A stretch of DNA of 64,000 nucleotides from Nitrosopumilus sp. Lineage in GTDB: Archaea; Thermoproteota; Nitrososphaeria; Nitrososphaerales; Nitrosopumilaceae. The stretch lies in contig OZ245003.1 in assembly GCA_965223425.1 (NCBI GenBank), forward strand, positions 1,280,001 to 1,344,000, given 5' to 3'. Shown here piece after piece: positions 52,923 through 61,668 of this stretch. The position numbers and the translations under genes are program-made. Numbering within the stretch: position 1 is the stretch's first letter; each line of letters opens with the position of its first letter. Below the pieces are notes generated by a model. It had not been told where the DNA came from and ran no database searches. It saw only the letters and a program-made list of their open reading frames with translations.

Positions 52923-52996
52923 GGGGTTGTCGCCAAATTCACATCAAGCTGCCACCACCGGGGTTGTCGCCAAATTCACATCAAGCTGCCACCACC
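52923..52996. repeat. exact 37-nt tandem duplication of the IS terminus
   Basis: GGGGTTGTCGCCAAATTCACATCAAGCTGCCACCACC at 52923-52959 and 52960-52996. Confidence 0.95.
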
Positions 52997-54031
52997 TGAA
53001 TATTTCGCCTTGCGGCGCACTCTAGACGGTTTAACACTTCCAAGTTCCATCCTATTGTCTTGCACAGTCCAAACCGCCTTCTTGTGGATGTCTTTCTGAA
53101 CCTGCACAGCAACCTGTGGCCCTCTGTCTCCTCTGCTCCAAATATTCCCTCTATCATGCCTCGTTTTTTGTAGATCTCCCCGTCAAACAGCCCTGCGGCC
53201 TTTTTCCTGAACTTTTTTGTTCTGTTCACGGCATTGCCCCTCTGCTTTATGTTCGGGGTCATGCCGGCACCAAAGACAAGCCTGCAGTTCCTATCCGAAT
53301 CATACCCCCTGTCTGCGTTGAACCTGCCTGCAAAGGCAATGCCTGTCTTTTTGATCTTCTTTAGCAGCGAGGCAAAGACTGTAGTGTCTGCCATCCTGTT
53401 GGATGTGATGCGGCAGGAGAGTATGACCTGCAGGCCCAGTACCGAGGCCACGTGCCATTTCAGATACTTTTTTTGACGCTTTGCCTCCTGTTGTGCCTGT
53501 TTTTGGCCTTTTTTTGCACCCTTTCATACCTGTCAGTGGCAACGCCGCTGCTGTCTGATGCCAGCGCAAGATCAGAGGCATCAAATCCTGCAAGGCACGA
53601 TGCTGCCGTGACGGCAACCGTGTCCTCAAGCCACGCAACAGGAATCTTTTGCATGAACCTGGCAATGGTGCTGTGATCCGGCAGGGGTTCGTTCCACGGC
53701 ATCCTCAGCAGAGCTGCAAGATTCTCCATGTCCCTGAATGTAAAGTCAAGGCACACCGTGAGTATGCAGAGAAATGCAAGCTTGTTTTTGTCATGTACCG
53801 GTTTGCGCCCCGCACCAGACCTTCTGGCATGTACGGGACACGGATTTTTCACAATCAAAGAAACTATATGGGACGTGAGAAAATCCAGTTCTCGGGTGTG
53901 GGCATCGTGATAGTACTTCCAGTACTGATCACGTCTCTTATGGTATGTCATTGGGAAACCCACACCTCCCTGATCAATATGCGTGAAAAATCACAAAATT
54001 AGATCATTTGGTCGAATTTGGCGACAACCCC
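52923..54031 (-). mobile_element. IS5-like element with frameshifted transposase (53460-53963 and 52981-53451)
   Basis: IR GGGGTTGTCGCCAAATTC; 9-bp TSD GGCTATAGT (52914-52922 and 54032-54040); 'PDHSTI', 'DSSG', 'ADRGYDS', 'YKKRGMIEGIFG'. Confidence 0.88.
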
Positions 54032-54355
54032 GGCTATAGTAGACAAAGTAGATGAAATTGCAGAAGGGCACCCTTATCCGTTTATCAAAAAGATGAGAGG
54101 CATTCCGCTTTACTCTCTGAGAGTAGGCAGATACAGGGCGATCTTGCAGCTTTGGAACAGAAAGATGATAGTCTACGTTGTCAAGATAGCAGATAGAAGT
54201 TTGGCGTATCAAAATCTAACGTAGTCTTGGAAGGACAGTCGGTATTAGCGTTTGCAATTCCAACAACACGTTACCTGCAGACTTGCGTTAACTGTAAATG
54301 GCATCATCTCATGCGTTCCCATCTGCACAAAATAAACGCAGTCAGCCAAGACAGT

Positions 54356-55568
54356 ACCGTGTTGCATAACTCGGCCTGATCACATCCCGTTCGTCCCAGG
54401 ATCCATGCACTTGCTCCCCTACATTGCTGCTGCCACCCACCGGTTGTACATGGCAATCCTCACCCTTGCCTCTCTTACCATGCTCTCCCATTTGCGTGAG
54501 AGCAGATGCTCTCCGAACATCCGCTTGAATGCGGAGATGATTGCCCCTATTCTCCACCTTTTGCCGTACCCTACAGTCGACTTCCAGTATCTTCTGTTCT
54601 CCTTTTTCTGTTCCACTGTCCGTCCCTTGACGTGCATGTCTGCGCTGCCTCCCAGCTGCTCTTTCACGGCCCGGTTCCACGCCTTGCCGTCATCGCCCCT
54701 GCCGCTCTCAGTAAAGCACGGTTTGAGGGGCACAAGCGGCTCGATGCCCTTCCTCCTGCACGCATTCATGTTTTTCTTGGAGGCATATGCGCAGTCTGCA
54801 AGCAGGCTGGCACTTGGCACTTCTTCTTCTTCTTCTTCCTTGCCGCCTGCCGAACCGGCAAGCGGAGAGACTCCGTCTGCAAGCATGTTTGGCCTCCTTC
54901 TCGCATCGTCCTTCCCGGTCTTGGCAAACGGTTCGGCTGCTGCCTGATCCGGCAGATCCCGCAGTACCGGCGAGTCGCCGGTTCTGTCGTCTGTGACTAC
55001 GGCAGCCAGTATCATGCCGGTGTCCGCATCTGCCAGCAGGTGCATCTTGACATACCCCCTGCGCACCACCACCTTCCACTTGTCGCGTATCCGTTCTCCG
55101 CGGTTCCACTGTCTGAGTCCGGTGGCATCGGCCACCAGGGTTACGTGCCGGGATGCATCATGAACGTATATGGCGTTGCCGTGAATGCTAATGTCAAATT
55201 TCTCCATTCTTCTGCACACGTGGTATGGTGCGGCAAGTCGTGTCCCTCAAGCATCTTGTCTGCCATCCCGGACAGCTGCCTGAATGGAACGCCGAGGGCG
55301 GTTCTCAGTGCGGCTGTCATGTGATCATGGTGTCTGCATACTGGAACTGGGCCCCCTCCTCCTTGCCGCAGTTGGCCTGCCTTACCTCGCAGCTCCAGTC
55401 AGGGTTGTACTGCACTACCAGCTCTGCACCACGCCGTACGTACTTTGCATTATCGGTCAACACTTGGAGCATGCTGTCATGATCTAAAGCTTTTTCGGTC
55501 AGAAACATGTGTGTTTGTTGGTCAGTTTAAACTGCGTGGCAGATTTTAGGCGTGTTGTGCAACAAGCT
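54356..55568 (-). mobile_element. degenerate IS5-family (IS903-like) element
   Basis: 'DATGL', 'RRGYVKMHL', 'LADCAY', 'WKSTVGYGKRW'; ends TGTTGCA(T/C)AAC; N-terminus frameshifted. Confidence 0.8.
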
Positions 55569-55623
55569 ACCATACGATCCTGGAGGCCCGGGATAGGGAC
55601 ACATTTCCATGTACTGAACAAGC

Positions 55624-55758
55624 ATGGCAATCCAATGGGAAATCAAGACATAAACCAAATTCAAAAAACAATACAAAATTCTTGCTTCTCAAACCAAGCA
55701 AAGTATAAATCAAGCAATACAAGAACTAAGAAACTCTGAAAACCCCACTAGATTGGGA
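55624..55758 (+). pseudogene. possible N-terminal remnant of a RelE-type toxin
   Basis: Manual translation MAIQWEIKT*TKFKKQYKILASQTKQSINQAIQELRNSENPTRLG. Confidence 0.45.
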
Positions 55759-55821
55759 GGTGACTTTGTACCAAAATTTTCGGAAGATAGATTAACCTCG
55801 ATTTCAATCTACAAATTATTA

Positions 55822-56082
55822 ATGCCTGCTTTTAACGTACATGTAACCATTGAAAATAAAACCGGTATTAGTGATCCTGAGGGAGATACCATTTTGAATG
55901 ATCTAGTTCTAAAAGGAACACACAAAACAATTTCAAAAATTAAAACTGCAAAAATGCTAAAATTCACAATCAAAGAAAAAGACACTAAAGCCGCTCAATC
56001 AAAAGTACAAGAGGTTTGTGATGAACTGCGAATATACAATCCCATGGTAAGCAAAGTGTCTTTTGTTTGCTATAAAGCATGA
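55822..56082 (+). CDS. purS: FGAM synthase subunit PurS
   Basis: 'ISDPEG.TI' and 'YNP' motifs; ATG at 55822; upstream of purQL. Confidence 0.88.
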   Translation: MPAFNVHVTIENKTGISDPEGDTILNDLVLKGTHKTISKIKTAKMLKFTIKEKDTKAAQSKVQEVCDELRIYNPMVSKVSFVCYKA

Positions 56083-56587
56083 TTGCTCTTAGAATGGTGA
56101 ACTTGTCCCAATCTGTTCCTTCTAGCCAACAGTAGTTCTGTGGCCCTTCCTTGCCTGTTCTGCCCTCTGCCTCTTCTTTACTCTTCAAGCCCCTTTCTTC
56201 TTGTAATTCCATTTCTGTCTCAGTGAATACTTTTTCAATTGCACTCATCTGGCATTTGCCAATTTTTTTGCAGTTGGGCCAGTAACACAAGCAGCCTCAC
56301 CTGACATGCATTCCATTAATGTACATCCTAATTACAAACGGCATCTTTGGCAGAAACCCCACCTGCCATCTGTTTTCTTGTAGAAACAACTTCTGCAAAT
56401 GACATTGCAGGTATGATTCCTTTGATGGAATTAACGCTAAAACGAAAACTTTCACAAAAATCCTTGCAGTTTACATAAACAAAGCAATGCCTGTTTAATC
56501 TTTGAGTCAAATAGCGCATAAATTTCCTCAGAGATCGCTTGTTTTTGACCCGATTCAAATTAAATATCGCCGAGTGTAATTACACTT

Positions 56588-57268
56588 GTGAAGGTTGGAG
56601 TTGTAGTTTTTCCTGGCAGTAATTGCGATCGTGACATGTACCATGTTTTAACTGATGTCTTTAACCTTGACGCACAATATTATTGGCATGAAAAACCTCT
56701 CCCAAAAAACATTGATGCTGTAATACTTCCCGGTGGATTCTCTTATGGGGATAGGTTAAGAGCTGGTGTGATTGCCGCTCACAGCCCAATTATTAAAGAC
56801 GTACAAAAAATGGCAGAAAAAGGAATTCCGATTTTAGGCGTATGCAATGGGTTTCAAATTCTTGTAGAATCTGGATTGCTTCCTGGAGTTTTACTCAAAA
56901 ATGAATCCCTTAACTTTATGTGCGAGTGGACAAATCTGGTTGTTGAAAACAACAAGACACCATTTACGAACCAATTCAAACTACATGAAAAAATTCCCAT
57001 TCCTATCGCAAATGGTGAGGGACGGTACTATGTTGATGATGACACACTAGAACAATTACAGAAAAAAAACCAAGTTGTATTTAGATATGGCCAAGTTGTA
57101 AACGGGTCTTCAAACAGAATTGCAGGTGTTTGCAATCCTGACGGCAATGTTGTTGGCATGATGCCTCATCCAGAAAGAGCAGTCGAGTCTGAAATCAACC
57201 CCGTTGATAACAAGCCCGCTTCTTTAATTTTTGAATCTTTGCTGACAAAAATAGGTGTTAGCAATTGA
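56588..57268 (+). CDS. purQ: FGAM synthase glutaminase subunit
   Basis: 'FPGSNCD', 'PGGFSYGD', 'GVCNGFQ', 'MMPHPER'. Confidence 0.95.
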   Translation: MKVGVVVFPGSNCDRDMYHVLTDVFNLDAQYYWHEKPLPKNIDAVILPGGFSYGDRLRAGVIAAHSPIIKDVQKMAEKGIPILGVCNGFQILVESGLLPGVLLKNESLNFMCEWTNLVVENNKTPFTNQFKLHEKIPIPIANGEGRYYVDDDTLEQLQKKNQVVFRYGQVVNGSSNRIAGVCNPDGNVVGMMPHPERAVESEINPVDNKPASLIFESLLTKIGVSN

Positions 57269-59430
57269 GTTTAGAGTCTCAAGAACTATCTGAATTAAAA
57301 TCAAAAATTGGCAGAAATCCAACTTCGACTGAGCTACAGATTGTAGCTGCAGAATGGTCTGAGCACTGTTCATACAAATCATCAAAAAAACATCTCAAAA
57401 TGCTTCCTATGAAGGGACCCCTTGTGATTCATGAGAAAGGATATGACTCTGGCGTGTTAGATGTCGGTAACGGATATGTCGTTACTGCGCATATTGAGAG
57501 TCATAATCATCCATCAGCTGTTGAACCGTATGGCGGCGCTGCAACCGGGGTGGGCGGTGTCATTCGAGATATCTTGTCTGCGGGAACGCGACCGATTGCA
57601 ATACTTGATGGGCTACGTTTTGGAAACATAGAAAGAGATCAACAAGCAAGATGGCTTTTCAAAAATGCAGTTACGGGAATCGCAGATTATGGAAATTGTT
57701 TAGGCATTCCAACAGTTGGCGGTGAGGTTGAATTTGACGATTGTTATCAAAACTATGCGCTAGTTGATGTTGCAGCAGTTGGATTTGGAAAAAAAGAGAA
57801 CATGATAAAAAACCATGCAAAGAAAGGGGATTTGGTGATTCTGCTTGGAGGCCCTACTGGAAGAGATGGGATGGGAGGCTCGCAGTTTGCATCTGATTCT
57901 TTAGAGTCTGAGGATCGCTCTGCCGTGCAAATACCTGACCCGTTCATTGAGAAACTAATTATTGAAGCTATTCTGGAGGCTAGAAACCATAAGCTGATTC
58001 ATGCCATGAAAGATCTTGGAGGGGGAGGCCTTTCGTGTGCAGTTTCAGAGACTGCAGACGCGTTAGAGGTTGGAATAGAGATGGATGTTGACATGGTTCA
58101 TACCCGCGAATCAAGCATGCGTCCAGATGAAATCATGGTGTCTGAATCACAAGAAAGAATGCTAATTATCACAAGTAAACCTAAATTAAAAAAATTACAA
58201 GAAATTTGCAAAAAATTCCGCATTGCATGCTCTGTCATTGGCAAAGTAAAATCAGATAATAGCATGCACGTAACAAAAGGCAAAAAGATATTTGCGCATC
58301 TTCCAACTGATGTGGTGGCAAATGCCACTCTTCTGGATTTGCCTTCCAAAAAACCCGTTTACCTGGATGGGATCGAAAAAGAAAAAAGCCTCAAAACTGT
58401 TTCTGATTATTCTAAAACAATGATGAGATTACTTGCCTCCCCAAATATAGCAAGCAAGATCTGGGTTTATGGCCAATATGATCACGAGGTAGGAATCAGA
58501 ACTGTTGTAAAACCTGGACATGATGCGTCTGTTTTACGGCTAGACAACGGGAAATTTCTTTCTGTAAAAATTGATGGAAATCCAAAACAGTGCTACATCA
58601 ACCCACGGGAAGGCGCAATAGGCTGCTTTGAGGAGGCATGTAGAAACGTTGTCTGTACTGGTGCAAAACCAATCGGCATGCTTGATCACCTCCAATTTGG
58701 AAATCCAAAAGACCCTGAAATTTTCTGGACGTTCTTAGAGTCCTTGAAAGGGCTGGCCGATTTTGCAAAAGACACGAAAATACCGTGTGTTGGAGGCAAG
58801 GTTAGCCTGTATAACGAAACTCCGATTGGACCAATAAAACCGACTCCTCTAATTGGCGTACTGGGACTAATTGACAAAAGGCCACTTGTGCCTCAAAAGA
58901 TTGCAGAAGGTGACTGTCTAGTAATTGTTGGAGATACCAAAGACGAGATGGGCGGTTCTGAGTATTTTGAATATGTGCATAAATTCATTGGAGGAAAGTG
59001 CCCTTCTGTTAATTTTGTTGAATCAAAGAAAAATATGAACGCAGTTTTGGATTCCGTAAAGAATCAATTGCTAAAATCTGCCCATGATTGCTCAAAAGGC
59101 GGGCTGGCAATCGCCGTATCTGAGCTTTGTATGACAAATAAAATTGGTTGCAAGGTGTCCCTTGGTAAAATTCCTGGAGAAAAACTTGCCGAAGATAGAC
59201 TGTTGTTTTCTGAAAGCCATTCTCGCTATCTGTTAACTGTAAGCAAAAAGAATCTCAAAAAACTAGAGACATTACTCAAAAGGAACAAAGTCTCATTTGG
59301 TCAAATCAGTCAGTTTAAAGGAGAAAAAATTCAGTTTGTAAAGGGAACAAAACCTGTTATTGATCTAAGCGTTGATAAGGCGCAAAAAACCTGGTTAAGC
59401 TCGTTAAGGGATTTGGTGCTTCATGGTTAA
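57265..59430 (+). CDS. purL: FGAM synthase subunit PurL
   Basis: 'WSEHCSYKSS', 'ESHNHPS', 'SESQERM', 'GGKVSLYN'. Confidence 0.95.
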   Translation: MSLESQELSELKSKIGRNPTSTELQIVAAEWSEHCSYKSSKKHLKMLPMKGPLVIHEKGYDSGVLDVGNGYVVTAHIESHNHPSAVEPYGGAATGVGGVIRDILSAGTRPIAILDGLRFGNIERDQQARWLFKNAVTGIADYGNCLGIPTVGGEVEFDDCYQNYALVDVAAVGFGKKENMIKNHAKKGDLVILLGGPTGRDGMGGSQFASDSLESEDRSAVQIPDPFIEKLIIEAILEARNHKLIHAMKDLGGGGLSCAVSETADALEVGIEMDVDMVHTRESSMRPDEIMVSESQERMLIITSKPKLKKLQEICKKFRIACSVIGKVKSDNSMHVTKGKKIFAHLPTDVVANATLLDLPSKKPVYLDGIEKEKSLKTVSDYSKTMMRLLASPNIASKIWVYGQYDHEVGIRTVVKPGHDASVLRLDNGKFLSVKIDGNPKQCYINPREGAIGCFEEACRNVVCTGAKPIGMLDHLQFGNPKDPEIFWTFLESLKGLADFAKDTKIPCVGGKVSLYNETPIGPIKPTPLIGVLGLIDKRPLVPQKIAEGDCLVIVGDTKDEMGGSEYFEYVHKFIGGKCPSVNFVESKKNMNAVLDSVKNQLLKSAHDCSKGGLAIAVSELCMTNKIGCKVSLGKIPGEKLAEDRLLFSESHSRYLLTVSKKNLKKLETLLKRNKVSFGQISQFKGEKIQFVKGTKPVIDLSVDKAQKTWLSSLRDLVLHG

Positions 59431-60856
59431 AGAAAATTGCGGCGTAGTTGGAATCTACAGTCTAAGCGGTACTAATGTCGTTCCAATGGTAATTGATGCG
59501 CTACGCGCACTACAGCATAGGGGCCAGGAAGCATGGGGTCTTGCTGTTCCAAACAAACCTCCCCTAAAAAGACTGGGACTAGTCTCAGCAGCATCATCGG
59601 AATTTAAAAAAATTGCAGAAGACTATGCATCTCCTGCTGTAATTGGGCACGTGCGATATTCTACAATTGGGAAAAGCTCGCTTGAAAACGCACAGCCCCT
59701 AAAAGTAAAGGATCTCTGCATTGCTCATAATGGAACAATTGCAAATGTTCAAGAGTTATCAAACCTCGTGGGGGGGTGTTCATTTACACCTCAAAACGCA
59801 AGTGACACGCTTGTTGCAGCACAAAGACTTGTCTCGTTAATTTCTGAAAAGGGACAAATGGGAAAGGCACTCTCAGTTCTGAAAAACGAGATGGTTGGCT
59901 CTTACTGTTTTACATTTATCTCCGATGACGGCTCTGTTTATGCTGCACGTGATCCAAAAGGGTTCCGTCCAATGGTTCTAGGACACAAAGAGACAGACGA
60001 TACCTTCATTGTTGCATCTGAATCCTCTGCATTATCTGCAGTGGGTGCCAAGTTAGAGCGAAATGTAAATCCTGGTGAACTAATCAGACTGAGCCAGGAC
60101 GGGTTAGAGACAGAACGGTTCTCCGATGATCCTGCGCGCGCGCATTGCTCTTTTGAGTTCACTTATTTTGCGCATCCGTCAAGTAACATGGAGGGAGCTA
60201 ACATCTATGTCGCAAGAAAAAATATTGGCAAGTTTTTGGCAAAAAAATTCCCTATACCTGATGCTGATTTAGTAATACCCGTGCCAGATTCTGCAAGGCC
60301 TGCTGCACTTGGATATGCTCAAGAGCTTGGCGTATCCTTTGACGAGGGATTACTCAAAGACAGATACAGCAAAAAAGGGCCATTACGAAGTTTCATCGAG
60401 CCGCATCAAACTGACAGAGTCGAAATCAACAGATGGATTATACCCATCCGAGAAATAATTGAGGGAAGGCACGTTGTCGTAATTGATGATAGTTTAGTTA
60501 GAGGAACCAGCTCAAAGGCCATAATCAAGGCTTTACGTCGAGCAGGCGCTAGAAAAATTAGCATGGTGATCACATATCCCCCAATCAAGTTCCCATGCTA
60601 TGCTGGGATTGATTTTCCTTCCCAAGAAGAGCTTGCAACCTTTTCAAATGGAAAAGACATGACCCAAGACGAAACTACTGAGATGATCCGACAGAGTATC
60701 GGTGCTGACTTTTTAGGATACAATGATGCTGAAAATCTTGCAGCAGCTGTTGGAATCCCCACGGATTCTATGTGTTTTACATGTTCATCAGGCAACTATG
60801 AATCACTTGGAATTGTCCCGAAATTTAGAAGCAGAGAAGAGATGAAAGGCGAATAG
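59423..60856 (+). CDS. purF: amidophosphoribosyltransferase
   Basis: N-terminal 'CG', 'QHRGQE', 'GHVRYST', 'DDSLVRGT'. Confidence 0.95.
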   Translation: MVKENCGVVGIYSLSGTNVVPMVIDALRALQHRGQEAWGLAVPNKPPLKRLGLVSAASSEFKKIAEDYASPAVIGHVRYSTIGKSSLENAQPLKVKDLCIAHNGTIANVQELSNLVGGCSFTPQNASDTLVAAQRLVSLISEKGQMGKALSVLKNEMVGSYCFTFISDDGSVYAARDPKGFRPMVLGHKETDDTFIVASESSALSAVGAKLERNVNPGELIRLSQDGLETERFSDDPARAHCSFEFTYFAHPSSNMEGANIYVARKNIGKFLAKKFPIPDADLVIPVPDSARPAALGYAQELGVSFDEGLLKDRYSKKGPLRSFIEPHQTDRVEINRWIIPIREIIEGRHVVVIDDSLVRGTSSKAIIKALRRAGARKISMVITYPPIKFPCYAGIDFPSQEELATFSNGKDMTQDETTEMIRQSIGADFLGYNDAENLAAAVGIPTDSMCFTCSSGNYESLGIVPKFRSREEMKGE

Positions 60857-60858
60857 TC

Positions 60859-61152
60859 GTGCAAGCCATTTGGAATGATGTTGTAATTGCTGAAAGTGAT
60901 AATACAGTTGTAGTTGAGGGAAACCATTATTTTCCATTTGACTCGATAAAACAGGAATATTTTCAAAAAACTGATTTGACTTCTTTTTGCGGCTGGAAGG
61001 GAACAGCAAATTACTATTCAGTCACCGTTAATGGAAAAACCAACAAGGACTGTGCATGGTACTATGCAGAACCAAATGACGCTGCCATGAAAATCAAAGG
61101 AATGGTGGCTTTTTGGAATGGTGTTACAGTAAAGCCTTCCCAGAAGCACTAA
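60859..61152 (+). CDS. DUF427 family protein
   Basis: 'VIAESD....EGNHYFP', 'C.WKG.A.YY', 'AWYY.EP'. Confidence 0.88.
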   Translation: MQAIWNDVVIAESDNTVVVEGNHYFPFDSIKQEYFQKTDLTSFCGWKGTANYYSVTVNGKTNKDCAWYYAEPNDAAMKIKGMVAFWNGVTVKPSQKH

Positions 61153-61214
61153 ATTTTCCTCTGAACTGTAACCCGTAATTCGTGATTCTACAGATTCTGG
61201 ACGTGTGTGATTCT

Positions 61215-61324
61215 TTGTAGTAGAAAGTTTCCCCTCTTGGTAATTTCTACTTGCCATATCCAGATTTACAGTTCCAGAGGGGGGAGAATTGTAGTAGAAA
61301 GTTTCCCCTCTTGGTAATTTCTAC
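61215..61324. repeat. repeat-spacer-repeat unit D
   Basis: Identical 36-nt TTGTAGTAGAAAGTTTCCCCTCTTGGTAATTTCTAC at 61215-61250 and 61289-61324, with a 38-nt spacer. Confidence 0.95.
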
Positions 61325-61501
61325 GAAGTACTTCTGGGAAGACTACTGAAAACGCAAACTATATTATCAAACCTTTTCATAGCCATATATTGGAAAATAA
61401 TTCGTCTGCCAGAGTAGGCGTCTCTAGTCTAATAAATTACATGGATGCAAGCTGTTGTTGTTGTTGTTGTTGCCATGCGTCAAAATTATCTGCCTCCTTT
61501 C

Positions 61502-61617
61502 TGCACGTAACCTTTGATACTCCGCCCGCGGGGGGGGGGGACTCCAACTGCACCTTAAACGTCAGCATGGTCATGGCATGCACGTAACCTTTGATACTCC
61601 GCCCGCGGGGGGGGGGG
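61502..61617. repeat. repeat-spacer-repeat unit E
   Basis: TGCACGTAACCTTTGATACTCCGCCCGC(G11) at 61502-61540 and 61579-61617; 38-nt spacer matches 29740-29777. Confidence 0.95.
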
Positions 61618-61668
61618 TTAGTAGCAGCAGTAATAGTGGGAGAAGAAAAGTACAGGAGAGTCTGAGAG

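Larger units (their letters stand above)
52834..54224 (+). pseudogene. RelE/ParE toxin split by an IS
   Basis: MSWNVRYS...VQAIV joins DKVDEIAEGHPYPFIKKMRGIPLYSLRVGRYRAI in frame after removing the IS. Confidence 0.88.

Noticed and set aside
54405-55324. Long plus-strand ORFs over the IS903-like element, and similar overlapping ORFs in other IS elements
   Set aside because: Antisense or alternative frames in GC-rich transposase DNA with no recognisable motifs.
61241-61250. TAATTTCTAC resembles the Cas12a repeat handle
   Set aside because: It is not followed by the loop and GTAGAT needed for the Cas12a hairpin, and there is no cas12a; likely chance.
61453-61473. (TGT)n microsatellite and the poly-Cys/poly-Gln ORFs it creates
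   Set aside because: Simple low-complexity tract in intergenic DNA.
18803-61617. Calling units A-E canonical CRISPR arrays
   Set aside because: Each has only two repeats, the repeats are unrelated to each other, no cas genes or clear leaders are visible, and three repeats are recognisably parts of other elements; reported as repeat units instead.
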